NCBI RefSeq assembly: GCF_009914755.1 | Contig: NC_060942.1 | DNA: 64,000 bases | Strand: one strand, 5' to 3' | Origin: the human T2T-CHM13v2.0 reference genome, Homo sapiens | Shown here: positions 11,501 through 24,855 of the stretch, in pieces | Numbering within the stretch: the first letter of the stretch is position 1 | How the letters are laid out: each line of letters starts with the position of its first letter | The notes under the pieces: model-generated | Databases searched by the model: none | What the model saw: the letters and a program-made list of their open reading frames with translations, nothing else | Told to the model about the DNA's origin: nothing | Program-made: the position numbers and the translations under genes

Positions 11501-13761
11501 CTGTGCCTCTCCTGAGGTGCCAGGTGAGAGCTGAGACTTCTGCTCCCGCTGCACCAGCTCCGTTTGTCTCCAGGCGCAGTGTCAGTCTCGTTCTTTAAGC
11601 GCTTCTGAGGTCCCATCAGCACAGGTCTCGTCTTACCTGGAAAGGCTTGTTGCCTTGTGCCTGGGACTTTTTATTCTGTGCTTTTCTTCTGGATATTAAA
11701 TTTCATATCCACGCTTGCTTGTCACTCAGACCTTATTGCCCTCTCCCTCCCATTGGAACACTCTAGTCATTTCTGTTTTCAACTGTAAACCAGTCTCATT
11801 CATGGTGAGAAATTAATGCTCCCTGGGTGTGGTCAGCAGACGGTATCAAACCATGCAATCTTTTAAGGTCCATTCAAACACAGACCTCCAAAATGATTTA
11901 TTGTTACACATATTATGGTCATAAGGCGTTTTCAAATCATAGGTAAACAGGACAGTGTATGTGTGCAAAAGAATGATTGTGCCCAGAAATCTCGGTAAAC
12001 AGGTCAACTAAGAGCCCAAAATATATTTCTAGAGTGCTTACACCCAGAAGTGAGTACTGATTTGCTTTTAATTAATATTTGGAATGAATGGGGTGCCAGG
12101 AGGACCCAAGTATGAAGTATTTATGTGGGTGGTGAGACTAGGAGTGATTTTGTTGTGTTTTTATATTTTAAAAATTTTCTAAAATGAATGTGCATTTAGT
12201 CCTCTAAAAATATAAGTGGTGTCCCATTTAACAGTGCTACCAGTTGGAAAAAGGGATTAACCCTATTTACCCAATTTATTGTATATAAAGTTGTTGCTGT
12301 CATTGTTGAAATTAGGTGCTGCTAGATTGTGCAAGTATCAAAGTTCAAAAAAAGTGGGTCATCTGATTGGTTGTTGATCACTGCAACAGCAAAGTTCTAG
12401 GCAATTAATGTTTTTGTTACTTTTGAAACATAAGGGCAAGGAATTAACAAAAAGTGTGTGGGACAGGGACAACTCCTCCCCTCTGGCCTCATAACAATGT
12501 TCTTGAAGTTTGCTTTTTCTTCTCTACCACTTGCATTTGCTAAGCAGAAAGTGTTGGGGTGTGTACTCCACAGGAGTGGTTCACTGAGGTGATGCTGCCC
12601 TGCACCAGCACCCTGAGGTGAGGAGACTGCTTTGGGGCAGGCAAGGGGCCAGGAGAGAGCAAACAAGTATTATTTTTCCTGTGTGTAGACTCATATTTAA
12701 TAATTGTTGAAGAAAAAAGCCTTAACACCACATGTAGCAAGTTTTAATAGAGTTTTCTGATTACCTTGGTCCCATGGCTGACCAGTGACCGCCATTATGC
12801 CTGCAGAGATGGGATGGTGAGCCATCATTTCTCCTTCCTCTTTCCTGAAACTAGTTCTGATACCATCAGTGGCTTAGTCTCTATATGTCCATCAGATCCT
12901 GCCCAATGCTGGGGACAAAACATGAATGAAATGGAGTTACCCCTCAAAGAGCTCCCAGCTCTAAAGCCATGATCCTGTGCTCCATCAATACACAGGAGCA
13001 AGGGGGAAGGCAGATGTTCCAGGAGGAGCAGAGAAGGCTTCACAGAGGGAGGCAGCACAGCCGACCTCAAGTGTGAAGGGAAGCTGCAGGGGAAGTGCAG
13101 AGCAGTCCCTTTCAGGCCAAGCAACAGCACAAAATACCTTTGAGACATAGACATATGAGAGGCACAGCTCATTTGAGGAGCATTGAAGAGTTTAGGGGCA
13201 CAGAATTAGACTTCAGGGTTAAGTTCAGGACCTGGGATCAGAGTCTGGTAAGTTTAAAGGTTCTTGAAATAATTCTAGTAAATAAATAAATGTGGTAAGA
13301 CAGTGCAGCAGTACAGGTGCAGAAGCTTCAGAAGCCGTCCTTTCTCCTCTCCTCATCCTCTTCCTTCCCTCTCAGCCCTAAACTGAGGCAGAGCGAAGAG
13401 GGCTCCAACTGGCAGAGGAAGAACTGGTGGGGCTTGGAGTTGGCTGTGGAGCCAAGCAGGGTGGTGAGGAAGGGTCCCCTGGGGAAGGTGAGAATGGCCC
13501 CTGTCAGTGTGAGTGGGGCTGGGAGGCTGAGAGGTAGCTGTGAAGGGGCATCGGGCCTGGAGATGGGGGAGGGCACCTGTGTGGGGAAGAGGGTGGTGGT
13601 GGTGACGGGAGGTTGGTGGTTACATTCAGGGGACTGATCAGCACATGAGTATATTAAGGATAATGGGAGCAGGTTTCTTACAAACAAGGAAAGGAAGAAT
13701 CAATAGAGATGTAAATGCGTGTGTGCACATGTATGTTTGTATGTGAGAGAGAGAGAAAGAT

Positions 13762-14150
13762 CATCTCCAAGACCACCCTCAGGTTTAGTGAGTTTCAGAA
13801 AGAACTCACAGGCCTCAGAAGTCATTCTGCTCATGGCTACAGTCTTCCTAAGGGGACACTGTAAGGGGAAAAGGCACAAGGCAAAGGCTGCAGGAAGCCT
13901 GTGTGAGTTGTGAGCACCCTCTCCTAGGGCAGTCAGGAGGGATGTTCCTGACTCCTCCAGCAGTGAGCTGTGATGATGTGTGAGGTGCTGTCCACCAGGA
14001 TGCTTGCCTGAGCCTGACTCCTGCGTGTGGTTTGGGGGATTGGTCCCATAGGCACACAGGAGGCTACAGAACCCCGGAAGAAAATCGGGGGTTCGTTGTA
14101 AGTCACATCATTTGTACGAATTGTCCAGAAATTGTCTGGACAAAAGGGTG
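13762..14150 (-). mobile_element. MER21-like LTR fragment (3' part of the LTR)
   Basis: tctccaagaccaccctcaggtttagtgagtttcagaaagaactcacaggcctcag...tgtccaccagga resembles the reverse complement of the MER21C 3' half. Confidence 0.6.
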
Positions 14151-14189
14151 CAGGTGATGCATGTTTCTAAGTGTGCAAAACACTCATGC

Positions 14190-14331
14190 TACAGTGTCCA
14201 ACTTTTTTGGCTTCTCTGGGCCACAGTGGAAGAAGAATTGTCTTGGGCCACACATAAAATACACTAACACTAATAATAGCTGATGAGCTAAAAAAAAAAA
14301 AAAAAAAAGTCCATGCATAATTTTCATGATA
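14190..14331 (+). mobile_element. MER30(B) DNA transposon fragment
   Basis: gtgtccaacttttttggcttctctgggccacagtggaagaagaattgtcttgggccacacataaaatacactaacactaataatagctgatgagctaaaa. Confidence 0.85.
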
Positions 14332-15237
14332 ACCTTATTAAAAAGTGGGCAAAGGACATGAATAGACATTTTTCCAAAGAAGACATACATATGGCCAACA
14401 GGTATATGTGAAAATGCTCAACATCACTAATCATCAGAGAAATGCAAATTAAACCACAAGATATCTCATCCTACCCTAGTTAGAATGGCTGTTATTTAAA
14501 AAGTCCCAAAACAGATGTCGGCAAGGATGCAGAGAAAAGGGAACTCTTATACACTGTGGGAATGTAAATTAGTACAACCTGTATGGAAAACTGTGGAGAT
14601 TTCTCAAAGAACTAAAAATAGAACTACCATTTGATCAGCAATCTTCCTACTGTGTATCTACCTAAAGGAAAAGAAATCAATATATCAAAAAGATACATGC
14701 ACTCTTATGTTTATCGCAGTACTATTCACAATAGCAATGATAGAGAAATTAGCCTGAGTGTCCATCAGGGGATGACTGGATAAAGAAAATGTGGGATAAA
14801 TATATACACAGTGGAATACTATCCAGTCCTAAGAAAGAATAAAAATGTCTTTAGTGACAACATGCATAGATTGGAGGTCGGTATCTTAAACAGGTCAGAT
14901 CCCAAAAGACAAAGATCATGTGTTCTCACTCATGAGTGGTAGCTAAAAAATGTGTGCACATGGATGTAGAGAGTGGAATGACAGACATTGGAGACTTGGA
15001 AGGGTGAGAGGGTAGGAGGTGGGTGGGTGATGAGAACTTAAGGAGTACAATGTATATTATTTGGGTGATGATACCCTAAAAGCCCTCACTTGACCAGCAC
15101 ACGTTGTGTGCATATATCCAATTATGCACGGACCTTTTTTTTTTTTTTTTTTTTAAGATCATCAGCTATCGTTAGTGTATGCATGCTGAATAGGGTATCC
15201 AAAACTAGTACCCCACGGATTTATACAAATAAAAAAA
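14331..15237 (+). mobile_element. 5'-truncated L1 (L1MA/L1PB-type ORF2 end + 3'UTR), interrupted near its 3' end
   Basis: aaaagtgggcaaaggacatgaatagacatttttccaaagaagacatacatatggccaacagg... ending in ttatacaaataaaaaaa. No intact ORF. Confidence 0.9.
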
Positions 15238-15473
15238 TGGTTACTAGTAAGGATGACTGTAAGATTTCTGCTTAGATTACTATTGTAGTAGCATTCACCT
15301 AAGACATTCTTTGTCCAAAATACTTTCAAATACAAAAATCATGATTCCAAGAAAGTGAAGAAACAGGATGCTCAGAGAAAGGATTGCCCGTTTCTCACTG
15401 ATTGTCTTTCTATGGGTCAGTGGTGCTGAGCAGGGAATATTCCCTTCCATATTTTCAACAGTAACTTGAGTGA

Positions 15474-15940
<467 letters not shown>

Positions 15941-16097
15941 TAATTCCAATGTTTGACCGAGGAATGAAGTCACTTACACTGGATGGCAGAGTCTGCCTAT
16001 TGCTGGCTAGAATAGACAGTGAAGATGCATTCCCGAATAAACCAAAGGTGGTAGATGGTGTCTTTCCTTAGCCAGACTGTGTGGATAAACATTGCAT

Positions 16098-16406
16098 TTT
16101 TATTTATTTATTTTTTTGAGACAGGGTCTCACTCTGTCACCCAGGCTGGAGTGCAGTGGTGCAGTCATAACTCACTGCAGCCTTGACCTCCTAGGATCAA
16201 GCGATCTTCCCACCTCAGCCACCTGAGTAGCTGGGACTACTTTTTTTATTTTAGGCAAAGAGAATGTACTTGGCTAATTATAAAAACATTTTTTTGTAGA
16301 GACAAGATCTGTGTTGCCCAGGCTGGTCTTGAACCCCTGAGCTCAAGAGATCCACCTTGGCCTCCCAAAGTGATAAGATTACAGGCATGAACCACTGCAC
16401 CCAGCC
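16098..16406 (-). mobile_element. Alu (AluJ-type)
   Basis: gagacagggtctcactctgtcacccaggctggagtgcagtgg...ataactcactgcagccttgacctcc, with two arms. Confidence 0.88.
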
Positions 16407-16859
16407 TGCATTTCTACAAACTGATAGATGGGGTGAGAAAAACAGTTAAGCCAGAACATACAGGTGCAAATTATGGCTCTGAAAAGTATTTGTGTGATAT
16501 TAGAAATATTAGTGTGCCTTCATTTTCTCATCTGAAAAGTAATGGTAAATGGTAAAAATTTACAATATCCTCCTTCTGGCTCTGTTTTTCTTGTCATTTA
16601 TTGATAAATGAATTATGTGTTATCTTTTGTTTGTTGCCTGTTTCTGAAGCATAAACTCCAAGGAAACATTGGTTTACTCATCCACACTAAGTAGGATCGT
16701 TAGTAATCGTTAGTAACTGAACATCAGAGAGAATATGACAGCCTCTGAATAAAGAGCTTATGCTGGCATGGGAAACAAATGCAAAACCGTCGTGGCAAGC
16801 AGAGGGCATGAAGTCGGGGTTTCAGTGTTTCGCCTGTTGCCTGTTACCACCCATTACAC

Positions 16860-17340
16860 AGAAGTAGATTTGGGACTCAGGTACTCTTATTAGTTGGTGT
16901 GGTGCCCTCTGTGGCCTGGTTCTGGATCTGCAGCCCAGTTACTGAAAGTAGATTTGGGGCTCAGATCCTGTCATCCATGTATGTGGTGCCTTCTGCGGTC
17001 TGGTTCTGTGCAGTTCTCTTTTTATGACTGGTAATCTCTGTGGCCCAGTTCTGTGGAGGTGGTTTTCCATCTCTGATTCTCTCATCAGTGTGTGCTGGTC
17101 TTTGGAGTCTAATTAATTCGAAGTTGATTTTGGATATTATCCTCATTCGTGTGTGGTGCTCCCTGTGGTCTGGCTTTGTGGAAGTCAATTTTGGATTCTG
17201 ATCCTGTCATACATCTGGCATTCTGCAGTCCCATCACATGGCACTGTGCCCTTCTTATGCTGCAGTCTTATTATGAGAAAGGAGGTTCCATACTCTGATC
17301 CTCTCATCTATACGTTTAGGTCTCTGCAGTCTGGCCTCAG
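16860..17340. repeat. Highly degenerate tandem repeat, ~6 units of ~60-85 bp
   Basis: Recurrent gaagt(a/t/c)gattt(g/t)gga..ctgatcct(g/c)tcat..tgtggtgc..ctgtggtctgg at ~16861, 16946, 17055, 17120, 17181 and 17281. Confidence 0.65.
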
Positions 17341-18055
17341 ATGGGTTTCATATAGGGTGTGTAATTTGGCTCTGAAGTGGTAAGACAGACTTTTCTGTCA
17401 TCACGGCCATGTTGCTTAATAGCTCACCTGACAGTCTACTGGAAGTACAATTCTTGTAAAAGAGCTCTTGCCTGGCACTTTGTCTTGAGAGCAAGGGGAC
17501 TCAAGTCAAGAAATAATGTGTTTATCTTCAAAGCTCCCTGGGAAAGCAAATTTGGAAAATGGCACTCATTTTCTGGGTTGCAAGATCAATGATGAATCAT
17601 GTTTGCTTTTTATTACTGTTATAGAGTTATGTCTCTCCTTGGGAACATGGCTCAGTATTGAAAACATTCTCAATACCCTCAAGTTGTTTTTTTTTTCCCC
17701 ATGAGGATAAAGGAGAATAAAACACAAGATAAATGAGGAAAGGTAAGAGGGAAAAAAGAATTTGTATATTGATTTGGAGTGTCTTCAGGAATAAATAGGA
17801 GATGTTCAAAGCATAAAGGAGAACGTTAAGAAGACTAGGTGTATAGATGTGGCGCCAGAATGGTGGTGGTGGGAGATAATTCAAAAAATAGTATTTGTGC
17901 ACTTAGGAAATACTTTTGCAGGTTACCTGATGTGAAATTACAATATTGATACCAGCACATAACATCCTAGAGGGAAATCCTATGTGCTTGTTGGATAGGG
18001 TCTCGGTCATCAAGTCCAAGTTTATAGGCAAGTCCTATAAGCTTGGGGGATTAGC

Positions 18056-18617
<562 letters not shown>

Positions 18618-19715
18618 TAGGTTCATACTTTCAGTAGGAATGGTACACATTAAGTATCTTAGTGCATTTGGGAACTGGCCATTAGTGCAGCCTTACACCA
18701 TTTTAATAAACTATTCAGACCGTGTGAGTTTTAGTGCTGCCATAAAAAACTTCATACTAGTGCCAACTTTTAAAATGCAAGGATCAAAAGTTGACCCTAC
18801 CACACTTAGTTCATACTTGCATCCTTTAAAAACATTCCACAGAGGTGCAGGTAACTTACATGTCCTTCTGTTGGAAAATTTAGATTTTCGCTAATATAGA
18901 TTTCACAACAATCATGGCATTTTTTAGATACTTTTGCACCTTGCCACAAAACTCTCACTCGCTGTGATCATTTTATGTGAAACCATAAAATATTAAATAC
19001 CCTCACCAAATTGTGAATAAATTTGCCATATGATGTGGACTATCAGGTCAGGGAAACCCAAGCCTGAGGCCACACCCGGCTGGCAGCCAGGGGCACATGT
19101 GGCCTCTGCTTACACTTAAGCCTCGTATCTCATCCTGCTGAAAGCGGACATTAGTTTTGGAGAGTGTACCCAGTGTTGGCACTTGACTCCTGCCTCATCA
19201 GACTGTGGGGGTCAACTGTCCAGCTGCCGACAGTCCAGAGTTGCTGTGGGGACTCAGCAGGTGGCGAGTACTTGTGAAGCTCCTAGTAGGGTACCTGTGC
19301 TGCTTCCAGGATGCTGGTGCTCAATGTGATCACATCTGTAATTTGCTGAGTAACTGAATTTGTAATTGTAATTTGACTCTTGATGGCTGCCAGAACGACA
19401 GTGTTAATGAAAACCGTGCCAACCAGGGCACATTTAGGAAGGACTGTGTGCTGTATAAATATTCAGAAAAGCTTTTTCAAAAAGACTTCGAGAGAGGGTT
19501 CTGGACTGTCATCTGTCTATCTGATGAGCTTGGGCCCATTTTCTCATCTGCGTCCCTCAGAGAGTATGTGCGGATTCCGTGAAAGATGGTACATGATAAG
19601 CACTTGATAAATCTGTCATTCTCTTTGAGGGATTACTTTATCTCTGGTATTCTCTTCCACTTAGAACACAGGTGAAATATTCATGCATTTTGTTTACTCA
19701 AAAGTCAAAAAAGTT

Positions 19716-19721
19716 TTTATT
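19716..19721 (-). terminator. Distal AATAAA polyadenylation signal of PARD6G
   Basis: TTTATT on + at 19716-19721. A second candidate lies at 20511-20516. Confidence 0.7.
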
Positions 19722-21019
19722 CTCTGATATATAAAACCAAGAAAACTTTAATACATAATATGCATAGTTTTGTTTTTTTAAAAGGAGAAAGTGGCAGAAG
19801 TACAGACCTGTGTAGAAAAATACACCCAAGCAGCTGTTCTAAGCAGTAATTCCTAAAATTATGAATAGCACACAAATCTCAGTGAAAGCCTCATTTCTTA
19901 AAAAAAAACTCACATTTGCTTAACAACTTAAAATGTGATAAGAAATATAACCTTCCTTCTTGATAGCCGACCCAGTTATATAACAGACATTCAAGAATCA
20001 GCAATAACTTAGTAAAAGAACATTTCCTTTGTGAGGGTAACATTATTAGTTTTAGTTCCACAAAAACTGCTTCTGACTGCTGGGGCACTGAACGACATGC
20101 CCTTCATCAGAGAGCAAGTCCGGGGGGTGCGGATCCTCACCGGAGAGGTCATGGGGAAGCATCTTTGGTCTTCTCTTGCTTAGGAACAAAGGGCCAGCAA
20201 TCCATTGCATACAAATAACATCAAACACAGGTGCAGGAATTCACAACTCCTCAGCAAAAGCTATTTCTTAAAAATAGAACTTGCTTTTCACTTAATATTC
20301 AGAAAAAATGAAAATGCTGAGATGCAGTTTTCCCTCTTAGCAGTTCCATGTTCACGAAGTCAGGACAGTTCTGCCACTGACCAGCAGGTGGTGCTGGACC
20401 ACAAGGAGAAGCAGCGGGAGGTACGCAGCTCCGACAACCTAGAAAAATATTTCTTTACCTGTATCTGTATGAAAGATTTGGTCAGAGTTCTCAAAGTATA
20501 AATGTAACATTTTATTCAAGCAAAACACATTATATAAAATTTAATTGTATCAAATAGGAATTTTTAAAATTACTAAATATATAAACGTTGCTGGAAGATC
20601 AACATAAAGTGAGGATGAATTTAGTATTTGTTAAAAATCACTAAGTTCCACGTGACTTCTTATAGTTAAAAGTGAGAACTGCCAGTGACCATTCTAGAAA
20701 TGAAAATTAGCATGTATTGTGACTTACTAAAAGAAACGTCTGTTTCAGAAAACAAAGATGAGAACTCACGTGCAAATGACTGCATTCTCAAAGACATTGC
20801 TGGACATGTGCGATGCTTATCCTTCATTTCTGCTGAAAACATTTCCGAAATCGCCCTCAGAGTCAGTCAACCCACAGGAAAAGGGTCATCTTAGAGGCAA
20901 TAGAGGCTTACATCCCAAATGGGACTGCTGAGCCCAGTCCAGCAGAGCTGCTGCTTCCTACCCTGGATTTCCCCTTGAGGCTGAATGGGCCACCTATGTG
21001 GGTCACAAAAATAGCCCCT

Positions 21020-21743
<724 letters not shown>

Positions 21744-22199
21744 GCATTCGTTATTAAAAACCAGCCTCTTGTCACGTACATCAGCACAGTCGGCCTCGCC
21801 TGCAAGTCAGCAGAGAGCACAGCAAGAATGCTGAGATATGTTGCATGGGCCAACTTACTTAAAAACATGAATTTGACTATTTTAAAAAAGTAATTTTAAA
21901 GCTTCACTTTAAAAACAAAGTATTTGTAAAAATTTTAAAAAGCATTTTTTTGCACTTGGTCAGATCTTTTCTATCACTTTGCAAAGGCGCCAAGACCTGC
22001 ACTCAGGCCTGGTATAGAGTGTCTCTACAGGCGTTCATTTTAAGTTCTGTGGCGAAATTCTATAAAAATAGGCAATACTTGTGTTTTTATATCCGGAAGT
22101 TGAAACAAAGAGCAGCGTTGTTTTTGTGGTCACAAAAACAACAAAAAATGAGCGGATGCAGTCTGCAGGTCCTGTCCCTGTCCTTACCGGGGAACTGGA

Positions 22200-23170
22200 G
22201 CTAGGATTTGGGGGCCTCTCGGGAGTCTAGAGCGTGACCGCGGGCCCGTGCTCCTCCACGCCGCCTGGCGGCAGCGCCAGGCTGTGACGGGGGTCGGCCC
22301 GCAGGGAGCTGAGCAGCCGCTGGAGGCCGCCGTCCAGGGCCAGGTCCCGCTGCAGCCGCTGCGCCAGGCCCGCGCCATTGACCCGGGAGAGGCTGCCTGC
22401 GGGCGCGCCCGGGGTCTGGGGGGGACGTGCAGGCTCCAGTGTGCCCTCGATGACGACGTCGTTGTCCTCATCGCTCTCCGCCTCGTCGGGGTGGAAGTTC
22501 TGCAGGACGCGCGGGGCGGGGGGACCCACGAAGCCCGCGGTGCCGTCCGAGGGCGGTCCCGAGCTGCCCAACGCGCGGCCGCCGCGCACCACGTTGTTGC
22601 GCTGGTTGGCGGGCTTGACGGTGACGATGAGGTTGTGGCTGTTGGCGATCATCATGTCCGTGACCTGGTCCAGCGTCTTCCCGGCCACCTCAATGCCGTT
22701 CACCTCCAGGACCTCGTCATTCACAGCCAGCAGCCCGGTGCTCTCCGCCAGGCCCCCGGGTACCATGCGCGAGATGAAGATGCCGGGCACCTTCTCCAGC
22801 CCGTGCGGGGTCACGCGCACGCTGGCGCCATCGCGGATGTAGAAGCCCAGCGGCTTCTCGCAGCCGTGCCGGTGCAGCCGCACTCGCCGGTGCGTCTCGG
22901 GGACCAGGTCCACATCGATGATGGATGATACGGGGCGGAAGTCGCGCGGGAGGCCGATGTCCAGGTGTGCACGCCGCCGGGGTCCTTCATCACGCAGCGC
23001 GCCCAGCGCCCGCCTCCGCCTGCACAGCGAGCCCGCGCCGAGGCTGCCACGCTCGGCCTCCTCTGCGGGAGAGGGGACAGTTAGAGGGGACACACAACCG
23101 AGCCCCGCCTGAGCCCTCGGCCGTCATACACCTGGCACTGCTGTTCCATCTGCGTGACGCCGAAGCACCC
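22200..23170. promoter_or_regulatory. Intragenic CpG island over the PARD6G terminal exon
   Basis: Very high GC and CpG density across the exon and its acceptor. Confidence 0.85.
22227..23062 (-). CDS. PARD6G: Par-6 family cell polarity regulator gamma, last coding exon (semi-CRIB + PDZ + C-terminal tail). Upstream exons lie beyond the window.
   Basis: Translation includes [17 protein letters not shown] (Par6 semi-CRIB) and the [25 protein letters not shown]...[11 protein letters not shown], ending HGPAVTL*. Acceptor ctctaactgtcccctctcccgcag|AG with AG at 23064-23063 and a branch-point-like ctaac at ~23080-23084. 836 coding nt. The ORF-track start at 23093 is intronic. Confidence 0.97.
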
Positions 23171-24742
23171 AGGGTGCACAGGAGCATTCCAGACCTGCAG
23201 GCTGAGCTGAAATCAGGCAAGCTCAAGTGCAGCCCCTAAAATTAACTCTCTAGCACTCTCCTTACAGCTCCACAGGCACCAAACCAAAGAACTCAGAGAT
23301 TAAAAGGTGCTAGCAGGCAGCTGCAGCAGAGAGAATCAATGGCAGTGGAGGGTTTAGGGCTTGGAGGGCTGGCGAGTGCCTCAGCCTTCTGGGAGGCAGC
23401 AGGCTGGACTGGGGACTTCTTAAGCTTTGCCCATTCTCCCATATTTCCTTCTCTCAACTGTAAGACGGAGGCTCGTTTTTTTCTAAGGTTAATTACAACT
23501 AAGAGAGACCTTTCCTGCTTTCTTCTTTTCTATGCGCAAGCCCCACCACAGTGTCTTCTAGCCAGCATTCAAGGCCCCTGAATGTGTCACTCAGTCGGGC
23601 GTGTGAGCATTTCCCTGCGTTTTTGGTTAGCAGCTGATGAGGGGAGATGAGTAGAGGAAGGAGTGGGATCAGAGGATGGCTGCTTCCCTTCTGTGAGGTC
23701 CCGCACAGTCAGTGCTATTTGTAGGCACATGGAGCCTCAAGGCTCACCAATATGCCCAGCCTCCCATGGGGGCTGTGCAGCTCTCTTCCTCAGGTCTCCC
23801 AGGGACCCTGTGGGATCCGCCTGCCCACACCTGCCAGCCTGTGGCATGACACATTTGTGGCAGTGTGTAAACTTTACCCTAAAGTTGGGCTACTGCAAAA
23901 TAAAATGAAAGTCCACTGAATTAATCAAGCAGAAACGTAAGGAGCTTAGTCTAAAGTAAAAATTTTAAGTGAAGAGACTGGTGGCATTTGGAAACTCTGA
24001 ATAATGCATTTTCCTCATGTCAGAAAAAAAATCTTGTTTCATTAATTTTTATATGAAACCTCTTGTTCTTGACACACACGACTCTGTAAGACAGGCGTCT
24101 CGGGGAGCAGAGGGAAGGGCTTGCTCTGTGAGGCTTGGTCCTGTGGAGTTGGTGGCATCCACAGCAGCCTGCTCTTTGGGCTGGGGAGGCTCACATCTTT
24201 GCTTTGCCAGTGAAAGCCAGTAGGACCGGGAGCCCAGGCAGAAGCAATGCCATAAACAGGCGCTCCTCAGAGCAGAGACCTCCAGGCTCCAGGGGTCAGT
24301 CTGGCTTCTGCATTTCAGTGAGCAGGCAGGGCCCATTATGACTTGCTTTGGAGATGGGGAATGCTGGTTGACAGTTCTGGAAAGGACTCGAAGACAAATT
24401 ACTTCCACCATGGAGGCAACATTCAGGCAGCTTGGAGAGGAGGCCAATGCTCAGGCATCACATCTCTCAACCCAGCAGAGCCCATGGCTGCCTAGACAAC
24501 GAGAAGGCCCTAGCACAGGCTCTGGCACATGCTCCAGGCAGCAGGGTTAATGCACCCTGGAGCCGGGATGCCCCAGCATGAGGACTGTCTTCCTGGGAGC
24601 TGGCATCCTGGCCAGCACTCAACACATGCTGCTCAGTGACGGAACCCATCCGTCATCAGTTATCAGCATAATTTATTACCCACTGACACAGTAAGGTCTG
24701 GAAGGACTTTTGAAATAAGATGACTTTTAAAAACTATACCTG

Positions 24743-24855
24743 TAAACCCTGTTTACCCTGACGTGATTATTATGCATTGTATGCCTGTATCAAAATCTCA
24801 TGTAACCCATAAATATATATACCTAATATGTACCCACAAAAATAAAAAAATAAAA
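24743..24855 (+). mobile_element. Short L1MA-type 3' end fragment
   Basis: ttaccctgacgtgattattatgcattgtatgcctgtatcaaaatctcatgtaacccataaatatatatacc...tgtacccacaaaaataaaaaaa. Confidence 0.8.

Noticed and set aside
9864-11622. Cluster of 60-150 aa ORFs in the CpG island
   Set aside because: GC-driven stop-codon scarcity. Many start at non-ATG codons and show no homology I recognise. A micropeptide cannot be excluded without Ribo-seq.
23063-23093. N-terminal [10 protein letters not shown] of the 288-aa ORF
   Set aside because: This is the branch point and polypyrimidine tract of the intron. The real exon starts at 23062.
22184-23239. Overlapping ORFs (226 aa and 154 aa on +, other frames on -) across the PARD6G exon
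   Set aside because: Shadow ORFs expected from very high GC and codon bias. No recognisable domains.
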